Assembly (NCBI GenBank): GCA_035490715.1
Contig: DATJLF010000005.1
Coordinates: forward strand, 2,208 to 66,207
Origin: Cellvibrio sp.
Lineage (GTDB): Bacteria > Pseudomonadota > Gammaproteobacteria > Pseudomonadales > Cellvibrionaceae
DNA length: 64,000 bases
Reading direction: 5' to 3'
Below are positions 19,496 to 29,023 of this stretch, one piece after another. A program made the position numbers and the translations under genes. The notes under the pieces were generated by a model that was not told the DNA's origin, did not search any database, and worked only from the letters and a program-made list of their open reading frames with translations. The stretch's first letter is position 1. The number at the start of each line of letters is the position of its first letter.

Positions 19496-20287
19496 TTATA
19501 TGCCCAAGGTACGAGCCAAATCTTCAGGCGGCAAATAGCCCGGCATCAACTTCCCATCGGGCAGGAAAAGTGCTGGTGTGCCATTCACCCCCAACTGTCC
19601 CCCCAGTTGAAATTGTTGCGCAACCGGATTATCACAAGTCGCATTAGGAACATTTTCGTCGGCTTTAAGCTTGGTCATCGCGGCTTGCTTATCTTTAGCG
19701 CACCAGGCTGAAATTAATTTATCTGCTGAAGGACTGGGAATACCAGCGCGAGGATATGCCAAATAGCGAATTTCTATCCCCAAATCGGTGTATCCCGGTT
19801 TTTGTTGGCCACCTTCATCGTAGGCATGCATCTGACTGTGCAGCTTACGGCAATATCCGCAATCAACATCTGTGAAAACATATACCACCGCCTTGCTTTT
19901 ACCCTTGGGCTTGAAATTAATACTGGATTTACCATCCAATGAGGCCAACGCTTTTTTACGTTCTTCAATCACAAAAGGATCTTCTAATTTGGAAAACCCG
20001 TTAGAGTCAATTCCAAAAATCTCACCCGCGATGAATTTATCTCCCTCAGGAGTAACGTAAATCACTGGACCACCAGGCACCTGAACCTGATAAAGTCCCT
20101 TGATCATTGATGGTCGAGGTTGACCAAAGTTAATATCAGGGCGCGCCTTGTGCAGATTTTCCAAAATAGTCTCTTCGACCAATTTACGCTTGATCAAATC
20201 ACCCTGAGCTAAAGCCAGAGGAGTAAATGCCGATATAGACAATCCCGCTAGCGCAACCAATCCTAAGTGTTTCAATGTTTTTATCAT
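19496..20287 (-). CDS. dsbC: Thiol:disulfide interchange protein DsbC
   Basis: FTDVDCGYCRKLH active site, YLAYPRAG, GTPA, signal peptide; follows xerD. Confidence 0.93.
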   Translation of the reverse strand: MIKTLKHLGLVALAGLSISAFTPLALAQGDLIKRKLVEETILENLHKARPDINFGQPRPSMIKGLYQVQVPGGPVIYVTPEGDKFIAGEIFGIDSNGFSKLEDPFVIEERKKALASLDGKSSINFKPKGKSKAVVYVFTDVDCGYCRKLHSQMHAYDEGGQQKPGYTDLGIEIRYLAYPRAGIPSPSADKLISAWCAKDKQAAMTKLKADENVPNATCDNPVAQQFQLGGQLGVNGTPALFLPDGKLMPGYLPPEDLARTLGI

Positions 20288-20320
20288 AATAGCTTCTCTT
20301 AAAAGTCAATAATCATGGTT

Positions 20321-21271
20321 CTATCCACGCGGATGATGCAACGCATGCTGTTGTTTCATCCGCAATTTTGCCACATGGGTATAGATTTGGGTTGTTGATA
20401 AATCGCTATGTCCGAGCAGCAACTGTACCACACGCAAATCTGCTCCGTGATTCAGTAAATGGGTTGCAAATGCATGCCTTAGGGTATGTGGCGATAGTTC
20501 TGCGTTTATTCCCGCAACCTCTGCCCAATATTTGATTCGATACCAAAATGTCTGACGAGTCATGGGTTGGGCCCGCGTACTGGGGAATACTATCTCATCC
20601 GGAATATTATTCAGCAATACAGGTCGCGCTTCACACAAATAACGCTCCAACCAGATCGCAGCCTCCTCACCCATGGGCACCAACCGCTCCTTACTACCCT
20701 TACCGATGATACGTACAACATTTTGGCGAAGGTTAATCTGCGACATATTTAAACCAACCAGTTCACTTACCCGTAGGCCACAGGCATAAAGAACTTCCAG
20801 CATGGTGCGATCACGCAGCCCTATTGGATTTTCCACATCTGGTGCAGCGAGCAGCGCTTCGACATCGGATTCTGTTAAAGATTTCGGTAACGGTTTACCT
20901 AATTTGGGATTCTCTATTAACGCTACCGGATTTTCCTTCAACAAATTTTCCCGCAGTAAATATCGATAAAAGCCTCTCAAACAGGACAAGAAGCGAGCCG
21001 AAGTTCTACTGGAAAGTTTTTGCTGGAACCGAAACTCAAGAAACCTTTGAATTGCCGCCGAATCAGCAGTCATAAGCCCATCAGCATGGTAATTCAGCCA
21101 GATAGCAAACTGTGTCAGATCGCGACGATAGGACTCTTGCGTATGGTTACTTAATCCCTTCTCCATCCAACTACTATCAAGAAATGCATTAATGAGAACC
21201 AAATCAGGCTCGCAGGGTGTTTTTATTTGCCCAGTGTTGTTCTCCGGCATAACTTCATTCATAGATATCAA
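20321..21271 (-). CDS. xerD: Site-specific tyrosine recombinase XerD
   Basis: LYACGLRVSEL, HTLRHAFATHLL and LGHSDLSTTQIYTH motifs; rplS-xerD-dsbC synteny. Exact start uncertain. Confidence 0.95.
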   Translation of the reverse strand: MISMNEVMPENNTGQIKTPCEPDLVLINAFLDSSWMEKGLSNHTQESYRRDLTQFAIWLNYHADGLMTADSAAIQRFLEFRFQQKLSSRTSARFLSCLRGFYRYLLRENLLKENPVALIENPKLGKPLPKSLTESDVEALLAAPDVENPIGLRDRTMLEVLYACGLRVSELVGLNMSQINLRQNVVRIIGKGSKERLVPMGEEAAIWLERYLCEARPVLLNNIPDEIVFPSTRAQPMTRQTFWYRIKYWAEVAGINAELSPHTLRHAFATHLLNHGADLRVVQLLLGHSDLSTTQIYTHVAKLRMKQQHALHHPRG

Positions 21272-21391
21272 TCACCCTGAATAAACATCGAAACTAACGA
21301 CTCGGGGCTAAACTTACCACCCACCAACCTCGAAAAGAAATCAAATTAACTATAAAAAACCTATAAATTTCCTATAAATAACCACACAAAC

Positions 21392-21428
21392 AAAAAAGCC
21401 GAAACAGCTTCCTGTTTCGGCTTTTTTT
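21392..21428 (-). terminator. Intrinsic terminator after rplS
   Basis: AAAAAAGCCGAAACAG-cttc-CTGTTTCGGCTTTTTT. Confidence 0.85.
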
Positions 21429-21450
21429 AATCGATAAAATCGATTTAATC

Positions 21451-21801
21451 TTATACCAGCTTCTCTTTAATACGAGCTGCCTTACCGGTAAGGTCACGCA
21501 GATAGTAAAGTTTAGCTTGACGTACATCACCACGACGCTTCAGCACAACGCTATCGATCAGCGGGCTGTGAGTCTGGAAGGTACGCTCAACACCAACACC
21601 GTGAGAAATTTTGCGCACAGTGAAAGCAGAGTTAAGGCCACGATTACGAATGGCAATTACAACACCTTCGTAAGCCTGAACACGCTCGCGGTCACCTTCT
21701 TTTACTTTTACGTTTACAACAACGGTATCACCAGGAGAAAACTCAGGCAGGTTTGACTTGAGCTGTTCTTTTTCCAGTGCATCGATAATCGGGTTACTCA
21801 T
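21451..21801 (-). CDS. rplS: 50S ribosomal protein L19
   Basis: [15 protein letters not shown] and [14 protein letters not shown] motifs. Confidence 0.98.
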   Translation of the reverse strand: MSNPIIDALEKEQLKSNLPEFSPGDTVVVNVKVKEGDRERVQAYEGVVIAIRNRGLNSAFTVRKISHGVGVERTFQTHSPLIDSVVLKRRGDVRQAKLYYLRDLTGKAARIKEKLV

Positions 21802-21810
21802 GATAATCTC

Positions 21811-22584
21811 CTAAGAGTCTATAGCTTCACAGCTAGAGTTTGTCGTATCAAGGTCACGACGATACTCCGTCAACAGCGCCTGCTGTTCCTTGGTTAAGTT
21901 TATTGCTTGCAATAAATCTGGCCTTCTCAGCCACGTTCGCCCCAGCGATTGCTTTAATCGCCAGCGCCGAATCAGTTCGTGATTACCAGAGAGCAAAACC
22001 TCTGGAACACGCATTCCTTCAAAATCTTCTGGACGGGTATAGTGCGGACAATCCAGCAACCCATCCGTAAATGAATCCTGCTCTGCCGATAGTGCATGCC
22101 CCAAAGCACCGGGCACAAGGCGGATTACCGCATCAATCAGCACCATCGCAGGCAACTCGCCACCACTCAACACGTAATCGCCGATAGACCATTCTTCATC
22201 AATTACCGTTTGCAGCAAACGCTCATCAATACCTTCATAGCGCCCTGCCACCAACACCATATTGCGGTAAGCGGCCAACTCAGTAACACCGGATTGATCC
22301 AGTGTTCTACCCTGCGGAGACAAGTAGATGACTTTTGCGTCACCACCCGCCCAGCTTTTGGCTGCCGCTATAGCATCACGCAAGGGTTGCACCATCATCA
22401 CCATTCCAGGGCCGCCGCCATAGGGACGCTCATCCACAGTGGAGTGACGGTCATAAGCAAAATCTCTTGGAGTTAATACGTTCAGCTCCACTAGGCCTTG
22501 CTTGATTGCACGACCGGAAATTCCGAAGTCAGCAATCGCATTAAACATGTCAGGGAAAATGGAAATAACCGCAATCTTAAGCAA
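21811..22584 (-). CDS. trmD: tRNA (guanine-N1)-methyltransferase
   Basis: [21 protein letters not shown] and [11 protein letters not shown] motifs; TTG start. Confidence 0.97.
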   Translation of the reverse strand: MLKIAVISIFPDMFNAIADFGISGRAIKQGLVELNVLTPRDFAYDRHSTVDERPYGGGPGMVMMVQPLRDAIAAAKSWAGGDAKVIYLSPQGRTLDQSGVTELAAYRNMVLVAGRYEGIDERLLQTVIDEEWSIGDYVLSGGELPAMVLIDAVIRLVPGALGHALSAEQDSFTDGLLDCPHYTRPEDFEGMRVPEVLLSGNHELIRRWRLKQSLGRTWLRRPDLLQAINLTKEQQALLTEYRRDLDTTNSSCEAIDS

Positions 22585-22622
22585 TTGACGATCACTCCTC
22601 GCCCTTCAGCAACACTTTAATA

Positions 22623-23159
22623 TTAAAACTCGGGATCCCAGTCGACGAGTATTTCACTGGTATCCAGATCGATACCCAAGACAAATTGCTCAGGCACATA
22701 AGGAATGAGTCGCTCGCGTTGATCGATACTTTCTGCATCACCGACGACAACCAAAACATCATTGGCACCCGTTTCAAACAATTTTGAAACCTTACCCAAG
22801 CGTTGGCATTGACCACCAAATTGTGTAAATACCACCAAGCCTTCCAGCTGACTCCAGTAATATTCACCCTCATCAAGCTCCGGTAACATAGCACGCTCTA
22901 CAGCGATATCAGCAGCGGTATATTCGACAGCGAGATCACGGTCATCCACACCAACAATATGCGCTACAAACGCATCACCGTGCGGACGAGCTTCGTCGAT
23001 TTCGATTTGCTTGACACCATGCTTGGTTTTTAAAAACCAGGGATGGTACTCAAACAAATTTTCTTCCGGATCAGTATAGGAGTGAACCTTTACCCAACCT
23101 TTTACACCATAAACTGCAGTAATACGCCCAACATTGACCAGATTGGATTGGCTAGACAT
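22623..23159 (-). CDS. rimM: Ribosome maturation factor RimM
   Basis: VGRITAVYGVKGWVKV, EYYWSQL and ETGANDVLVV motifs. Confidence 0.96.
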   Translation of the reverse strand: MSSQSNLVNVGRITAVYGVKGWVKVHSYTDPEENLFEYHPWFLKTKHGVKQIEIDEARPHGDAFVAHIVGVDDRDLAVEYTAADIAVERAMLPELDEGEYYWSQLEGLVVFTQFGGQCQRLGKVSKLFETGANDVLVVVGDAESIDQRERLIPYVPEQFVLGIDLDTSEILVDWDPEF

Positions 23160-23187
23160 CAGGCGTCAACCGCTATTAAAACAGCAA

Positions 23188-23436
23188 TTAAGCTGCTTTT
23201 TTGCTTTCTTTAACCAACTGCTCAACGCGCTCAGACAGCTGTGCACCTTGACCAACCCAATGCTGCAAACGATCAGCATCAATACGCAGACGCTCTTCTT
23301 GACCACGAGCTACCGGATTGAAGAAACCAATACGCTCAAGGAAGCGGCCATTACGGGCGCTGCGGCTGTTGGTTACGGTCAGATGATAAAATGGACGCTT
23401 TTTAGAGCCACCACGTGACAGACGAATAGTTACCAT
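23188..23436 (-). CDS. rpsP: 30S ribosomal protein S16
   Basis: [17 protein letters not shown] motif. Confidence 0.98.
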   Translation of the reverse strand: MVTIRLSRGGSKKRPFYHLTVTNSRSARNGRFLERIGFFNPVARGQEERLRIDADRLQHWVGQGAQLSERVEQLVKESKKAA

Positions 23437-23680
23437 TGAGGTCTTCTTCCTGTATTTACTTATGGGGAAAACTTGTGCTTTCCAGTTAAAAATCGACTTT
23501 CAAGTTAAAAAATCGTTAGTCGCACAATTAGCTGTGCGGAAGGCGCGGCATTCTAAGGGAAAGATTTGGCTTTGTATAGGTTAATCAATCACCTCATCAC
23601 AACGAGTGACCTATTTTCGCTATGTGGAAACGAGCTTTATTAATACCAAATGTTGTGACTCCGCAAAATCGCATCTCACA

Positions 23681-25585
23681 TCAATCACACATATCCGCAA
23701 AACGGTTGGTAAATGTCAAATCGACAGACTTGGCGAAACCAGGCAGATGCACACCTTCCTGATCAAGCTTGATTTGTGACTCATCAATCAAACCCTCGCC
23801 AAAATGATAAATCGTGGCGAAATCACCACGCTGAGCAGCTAGATCATAAGCCTGCGCCGACGCACGAACTTGCTCACGCTTATCATAATAACGTGCCATT
23901 GCCTTAGCGCCGTAACGACGCGTCAGCATACGCTCGGCAACATGCGGGGCAAAAATACTAGCCGTTGCATTATTCCCTCCAAACCCCTTGGAATTTAAAA
24001 ATGCAACATCTAACGGCTCTGCTGCTGTTACATCTTTTACAGAGATTTGTAACCTATCTGCAAACACATCATCCGCTACTTTATCAATGGTTTTGATACC
24101 CGGAATAATACCGTATTTAAACACTCCAAGACTTGCAATCAATTGCTCCCCGCTGGCAGCGGATAAAGAATGCCCTACATAAGCCTTCACAGCGGAAACT
24201 GGCCAGCTTTCAATGCCAAAAACCTGCGCAACCTGATCAAAAATTTGTGATTCAGTTACCCGATTTTGAGGCGTGCTAGATCCATGCGCCTGAACTAAGG
24301 AGCGCTGCTTAATTGATTCTTCCCCCAGGATCGCTCGAGCAGATGCCACAGCTTTTGCCATAGTAATGTAATTGCCTGGTCCAGGTGCCGAGATGGATTT
24401 TTTAAATCCATCTGCATTGATGAATACATCACCAACTGCACCATGGATATCAGCACCTAGCTCAATCGCCAAAGCATCATCCATTAGCACCACATATTGG
24501 CTTGCCTCAGCCATAGTGAATCCAGCATTTTCACCAAAAGGGCGACTAGTGCGGCGCGGATCAACTTCTTCAGTACCGTCCAGTTTTCTTAGCTTCTCCT
24601 CACTGGCCAATGCCCCCATAGTAGCGTAACCATCAATAAGCTCCGGAACAATTGGCGCCTCAGAACACCCAACAACTGCAACTCGGCATTTGCCAGATTC
24701 AATATCCTCTGCCGCAGCCTGAAGATTGTAAAGAAATGAGGCGCAAGCTCCTGTGATCGCTCCTGTTTGACCAACACTGCCAAGAATATAAGCGTTTACG
24801 AAATCTGCCGGCATAGTATTTAACCCCAATGGACATTGCTTGGCACTCACTCTCCCTCCTTTTAAGCGCGACTGTAAAAGGCCACCAAAGCCATTTTCAT
24901 CCATTTGGCTCATCACATTGCTAGCGTATACGGCAATCTGATCCGGGTTCACGACTGCTACAACACTTTTCCATTTCAATCCCATTGACTGTATGGCATC
25001 TGACGCCCCTATTACAGCCAATTGCAGCGCGCGCGGATGGTAGTGAGAGTTGTATAAAGCACCAGGATCAAAACCAAGCGGCAACTGCCCAGCCGATTTC
25101 ACAGGAATATCTCGATAACTATCGAATTTAACCTCAAGACCGTCTTTGGTCGTGATCCGCACACGATCACTGTCCAAATCCTCAACTTCCCACCCACCAG
25201 GTATTGGTTCAGGTAAATCGCGTTTACGCAATTCGAACGCTAAAGGGGATTGCCCACCAAGTGTCGCAGACTTCTGCCAATAAGCAGCATCTACGTCAAA
25301 AAACGACTTATCAATACGACGAATAAGGGTGCCATCCAACACCTGCTTACCAAAGCGAGTTTCAACAGCATCAAGATCCAACGGATGATCAGCGCTATCG
25401 CGATAACTGCCGTCTGCATACGTAACCAGCCCCATCATCACAGCTAAACCGGCGAGAGTTTCCTGCCGTTCTTGAACCGGCAGGCTTTCGATAACCATTC
25501 GACGATAAGCATGATGGCCAGAACTACGACCAGCCGCGTTAAATCCACCAAATCCCACAATTACCGGTAGACGCGCAACAGACAT
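23681..25585 (-). CDS. fabY: FabY-type beta-ketoacyl synthase (KAS I/II fold initiator)
   Basis: RLPVIVGFGGFNAAGRSS N-terminus, GACASFLYNL catalytic Cys, AHGSSTPQN, KAYVGHS and NSKGFGGNN. ATG at 25585 preferred. Confidence 0.85.
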   Translation of the reverse strand: MSVARLPVIVGFGGFNAAGRSSGHHAYRRMVIESLPVQERQETLAGLAVMMGLVTYADGSYRDSADHPLDLDAVETRFGKQVLDGTLIRRIDKSFFDVDAAYWQKSATLGGQSPLAFELRKRDLPEPIPGGWEVEDLDSDRVRITTKDGLEVKFDSYRDIPVKSAGQLPLGFDPGALYNSHYHPRALQLAVIGASDAIQSMGLKWKSVVAVVNPDQIAVYASNVMSQMDENGFGGLLQSRLKGGRVSAKQCPLGLNTMPADFVNAYILGSVGQTGAITGACASFLYNLQAAAEDIESGKCRVAVVGCSEAPIVPELIDGYATMGALASEEKLRKLDGTEEVDPRRTSRPFGENAGFTMAEASQYVVLMDDALAIELGADIHGAVGDVFINADGFKKSISAPGPGNYITMAKAVASARAILGEESIKQRSLVQAHGSSTPQNRVTESQIFDQVAQVFGIESWPVSAVKAYVGHSLSAASGEQLIASLGVFKYGIIPGIKTIDKVADDVFADRLQISVKDVTAAEPLDVAFLNSKGFGGNNATASIFAPHVAERMLTRRYGAKAMARYYDKREQVRASAQAYDLAAQRGDFATIYHFGEGLIDESQIKLDQEGVHLPGFAKSVDLTFTNRFADMCD

Positions 25586-25709
25586 AAAAACCTCATTAGT
25601 AAAAAAGAACTCCGATTGCTGCAGTTTATGGGCTAGGATTAAGATTGTCCCTGTTAATTCAGTCATTTAAGAGGCTAAATTAGCCATTCATTTATACACG
25701 AGCTGATAG

Positions 25710-26714
25710 ATGCCGCAAAACCCACCTATTCGTATTCATTTCATTCTGTGCGAGCAAATGTTAACCACCAGCAGCACATTACCAATGGAAATGCTTTTGG
25801 CAGCAGAGAGCGCCGTAAGAACTATGTTGCCTTCAACGCAACGACGGACACTGGAAATTAAAACACTGGCACAAACTAGTGATGCTGTAGTAACTCGCAC
25901 TGGTCTCCATTGGCAACCTGATTTAACCCTTAACGATTATCCAGTGAGTGATTTAATTTATATTCCCGGTCTATGGCGCAACCCCCGCCCGGTAATCAAG
26001 CAAAATACTGGATTGCTTGAGTGGCTGCGGCTGCAGTATCAGAATGGAGCAATTATCAGCGCTGTTGGTACTGGCTGCTGTTTTTTAGCGGAAGCCGGAT
26101 TATTGGATGGTAAAGTCGCCACCACGCACTGGCATTACTTCGATCAATTTCAAAAAGATTACCCACAAATCCAACTAAAGCGACAGTACTTTATTACTCA
26201 GGCGGGAAATCTTTTTTGTGCTGCGAGCGTTAATTCCCTTGCTGATTTGACAGTGTATTTTATTCAACGTTTTTTTGGTAAAACTATCGCGAGCCACGTA
26301 GAACGACACTTTTCACATGAGATACGCAAAGCGTATGAAAGTAGTGGTTTTTTTGAAGCATCTCAAAATCCACACCCAGATGAGGACATTACCCAAATTC
26401 AAATCTGGTTGCAGGATAATTATTATCGGGAGATTTTATTTCCCCAAATTGCCGAACGATTCGGCATGAGCGTACGCACGTTAAACCGCCGATTTAAAAA
26501 TGCGCTGGGGCAAACACCATTGGAATATTTACAGGAAATTCGGATTAATACAGCGAAAGATTTACTAAAAACCAGTAATTTATCGATTAGCGAAATAGCT
26601 TCTAAAGTAGGTTATGAAGATACTGGCTATTTTACTCGCTTATTTAAAAAACATTTATCGACGACGCCTAATGCGTATAGAGATACTGTCCGAGCAAAAC
26701 TGTTTCGCACTTAA
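25710..26714 (+). CDS. GlxA-family AraC regulator (DJ-1/PfpI domain plus AraC HTH)
   Basis: LAEAGLLDG..ATTHW, RTLNRRFK and SEIASKVGYED...F.RLFKK motifs. Confidence 0.9.
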   Translation: MPQNPPIRIHFILCEQMLTTSSTLPMEMLLAAESAVRTMLPSTQRRTLEIKTLAQTSDAVVTRTGLHWQPDLTLNDYPVSDLIYIPGLWRNPRPVIKQNTGLLEWLRLQYQNGAIISAVGTGCCFLAEAGLLDGKVATTHWHYFDQFQKDYPQIQLKRQYFITQAGNLFCAASVNSLADLTVYFIQRFFGKTIASHVERHFSHEIRKAYESSGFFEASQNPHPDEDITQIQIWLQDNYYREILFPQIAERFGMSVRTLNRRFKNALGQTPLEYLQEIRINTAKDLLKTSNLSISEIASKVGYEDTGYFTRLFKKHLSTTPNAYRDTVRAKLFRT

Positions 26715-26737
26715 AAAAACTTATATTCCAAGCTACA

Positions 26738-26774
26738 TCTTGCTCAGCTGGACAAGCTATCCAGTTGAGCAAGA
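26738..26774. repeat. 15-bp inverted repeat between convergent genes
   Basis: TCTTGCTCAGCTGGA-caagcta-TCCAGTTGAGCAAGA (one wobble); no U-tract on either side. Confidence 0.7.
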
Positions 26775-26816
26775 CAAGTTCACTTAACTAAAATTTTCTA
26801 ACCACTAACTAAATTA

Positions 26817-27287
26817 TCAAGCAGCATTTGTCGCCGCAGGAACAACAGTGAGCTTTTCAGTGGTATGCACACCAATAGGAACTGTGCGCGGCTTTAATGC
26901 TTCAGGAATAACACGCTGTAAATCAATATGCAGTAAACCACTTTCATAATTAGCTGAAAGCACCTGGACGTGATCAGCCAATTGGAAACGACGTTCGAAA
27001 CTGCGTGCAGCAATCCCCTGGTGTAAGTAAGTTCGCTTTTCAACCTCGGCTGCTTTATTAGCAGACACCGTCAGATTATTTTGATTAACTTCAATAGCTA
27101 ATTCAGATTGGTCAAAGCCAGCAACAGCCATCGTAATTCGGTATTTATCCTCACCTGTCAATTCAATATTGTATGGAGGATATGCAGGTTGATTTTGCTC
27201 TGCTCTGGACAAGTTATCCAGCAAGTTAGCCATACGATCAAAACCAATTGCAGAACGATATAAAGGGGAAAAATCAAAGGTACGCAT
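26817..27287 (-). CDS. ibpA: Small heat-shock protein (Hsp20)
   Basis: MRTFDFSPLYRSAIGFDR, YPPYNIE, YLHQGIAARSFERRF and GLLHIDL motifs. Confidence 0.95.
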   Translation of the reverse strand: MRTFDFSPLYRSAIGFDRMANLLDNLSRAEQNQPAYPPYNIELTGEDKYRITMAVAGFDQSELAIEVNQNNLTVSANKAAEVEKRTYLHQGIAARSFERRFQLADHVQVLSANYESGLLHIDLQRVIPEALKPRTVPIGVHTTEKLTVVPAATNAA

Positions 27288-27376
27288 AATAAAATATCCT
27301 CATGAAGAGCAATACATTGTTGGGCTTATCGAATGATCAAGCCATATTACATACGATGCTCATTGAGCCACCGCAT
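27288..27376 (-). ncRNA. ROSE-like RNA thermometer in the ibpA 5' UTR
   Basis: Three hairpins. The last is UAUU-G-CUC/GAG-GAUA with the conserved UUGCU motif and a bulged G pairing with the SD sequence. Confidence 0.75.
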
Positions 27377-27383
27377 GAATAAA

Positions 27384-27409
27384 ATATGGATGAGAAAATA
27401 CAATTCAAG
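27384..27409 (-). promoter_or_regulatory. Sigma32 (RpoH) promoter of ibpA
   Basis: CTTGAA-N13-TCCATAT on the minus strand (consensus CTTGAA-N13/14-CCCCATNT). Confidence 0.8.
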
Positions 27410-27707
27410 TCCATTTAATAAAAAATTTATTGTGCACCATTAATGTTGCTTACTTAAATCCTACGCCCTGACTTTAAACATGCTATTAAAGTTAATTTGA
27501 TCGATAATAGTTCACGACTACCCAAAAAGCCCCATATAAGGCCTAATGCCTTAAATCCATAACAAGAGATCGAAATGTTATTAAAAATTTTAGGAGAAAA
27601 ACTTGCTATTTATAACAGGATGATCAATATAGGAAGGGAGGGTCAAGAAAGTTCGCGACACTTAAAATCGGAACTTCAGCCCTCTAACATAAACGTTAAG
27701 GAGCTTT

Positions 27708-28022
27708 ATGATGAAACCTGCTGTCGACGTTGTATATCGTGATTTGGATTCTTCTGCCGCACTAAACGAAATTATCACCAAGAAACTTGAAAAGCTGAGC
27801 CGTTATACTGATCAAATAGTTCATAGCCGTGTTGTTCTTGATGTGCCTCATAACCACAAACATAAAGGTAAGCAATTTCGGGCCTCAATCGAGCTGGATA
27901 TTAAAGGCCACCCCGTCGCAATCACCCAGGACGACGAATCCATTCATGTAGCAGTGCGCGATGCATTTTCGAGTGCTGAACGTAAAGTTAAACAACTGGC
28001 AGCTCGCCAACGAAATCGGTAA
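27708..28022 (+). CDS. HPF/RaiA-family ribosome-associated protein
   Basis: KKLEKL.RY...RVVLDVPH.HKHKGKQF and D.SIHVAVRDAF..AERKVK motifs; AAGGAG RBS. Confidence 0.8.
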   Translation: MMKPAVDVVYRDLDSSAALNEIITKKLEKLSRYTDQIVHSRVVLDVPHNHKHKGKQFRASIELDIKGHPVAITQDDESIHVAVRDAFSSAERKVKQLAARQRNR

Positions 28023-28058
28023 CTGCAACAGACTCTTATATTTCATTTTTTAAAAATG

Positions 28059-28083
28059 AAAAAAGCCGGGAAATCCCGGCTTT
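28059..28083. terminator. Bidirectional intrinsic terminator
   Basis: AAAAAAGCCGGG-aaat-CCCGGCTTT between convergent genes. Confidence 0.75.
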
Positions 28084-28102
28084 CATCAACACTTAATTTC
28101 TT

Positions 28103-28852
28103 TTATTCAGCAATTTCAAATTGGGCTGATTTTTTAGCAATAAGATCATTGAGATTGGATAATGACTGAATGTGGCTATAGATCAATTCCAATCCATCTT
28201 TCTTGAAAAAGTCCACTACATCTGCATCACTCAGGGTTTTTAATTTTTCACGTTTAACTACATAAAAACCCATCAAATTCATATTCGCATCCTCACGACC
28301 TTTGAAAGTGATGTTGGCTTGCATGGGCTCGAGTAAATTTAACTCATGCAAGCGTTTGCAGAAAAGCTTTGTCATTTCAGCGCGGTACTGATAGTCCTTC
28401 AAAAACTCAACAACCTCTTTCAAATGTGACGACTGTTCTCCATTTTCCTCGAACAGACGACGACCTTTACTACCATCTTTGATAACTGTGCTACTGGCTT
28501 CATCAATACACAACGCCAAGGTGTCGGCGCCCTTATCTCCTCCCAATACAAAAGGATAACGACGTATAAATGCGGGAATGTATCGGGTGGCAAATTGTTT
28601 TTTATCATTCAGGAAAAGATTTTCACCATCCTTCAGGCCCATGATAGCTAAAGGAATATATTCGCCTTCTGTTGCAGTAGCAGAAAAAACAATAGGGAAC
28701 TCAGTTGCAGCAAAAGGAATTTCAGTAGCCAACACCGGAGCTGAAATCATATGCGATACAAATGAGTAATCATCCACTTGCACAGCCCAATTACGGTGGA
28801 TCTCAGATGACAGTGGTTGGATGTTGTCGTAAATCATTAATTGTTTGGCCAC
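28103..28852 (-). CDS. SapC-family protein
   Basis: EFPIVF, PLAIMGL..GENLF, YIPAFIRRYPF and LELIYSHIQSL motifs; GTG start. Confidence 0.8.
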   Translation of the reverse strand: MAKQLMIYDNIQPLSSEIHRNWAVQVDDYSFVSHMISAPVLATEIPFAATEFPIVFSATATEGEYIPLAIMGLKDGENLFLNDKKQFATRYIPAFIRRYPFVLGGDKGADTLALCIDEASSTVIKDGSKGRRLFEENGEQSSHLKEVVEFLKDYQYRAEMTKLFCKRLHELNLLEPMQANITFKGREDANMNLMGFYVVKREKLKTLSDADVVDFFKKDGLELIYSHIQSLSNLNDLIAKKSAQFEIAE

Positions 28853-29023
28853 GAGAATACCTCTATTTATTGTCTTGGCTTGGGGGGTCAGAAATCAGCT
28901 GGAATGAACAAGATCAAACGCAGAAGTGCATGGTAGCACTTTAACTGGTTGATGCCACCATGGACAAAAAATGCACAAAGCTTAGCAAGCATATGGAAAC
29001 AAGATGTAATTAAAAGGAGAGCC

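Noticed and set aside
20321-21271. Tyrosine recombinase as a phage or island integrase
   Set aside because: Sequence and rplS-xerD-dsbC synteny identify housekeeping XerD.
22592-22894. 100-aa ORF overlapping rimM
   Set aside because: Alternate frame of rimM with no independent start signal or motif.
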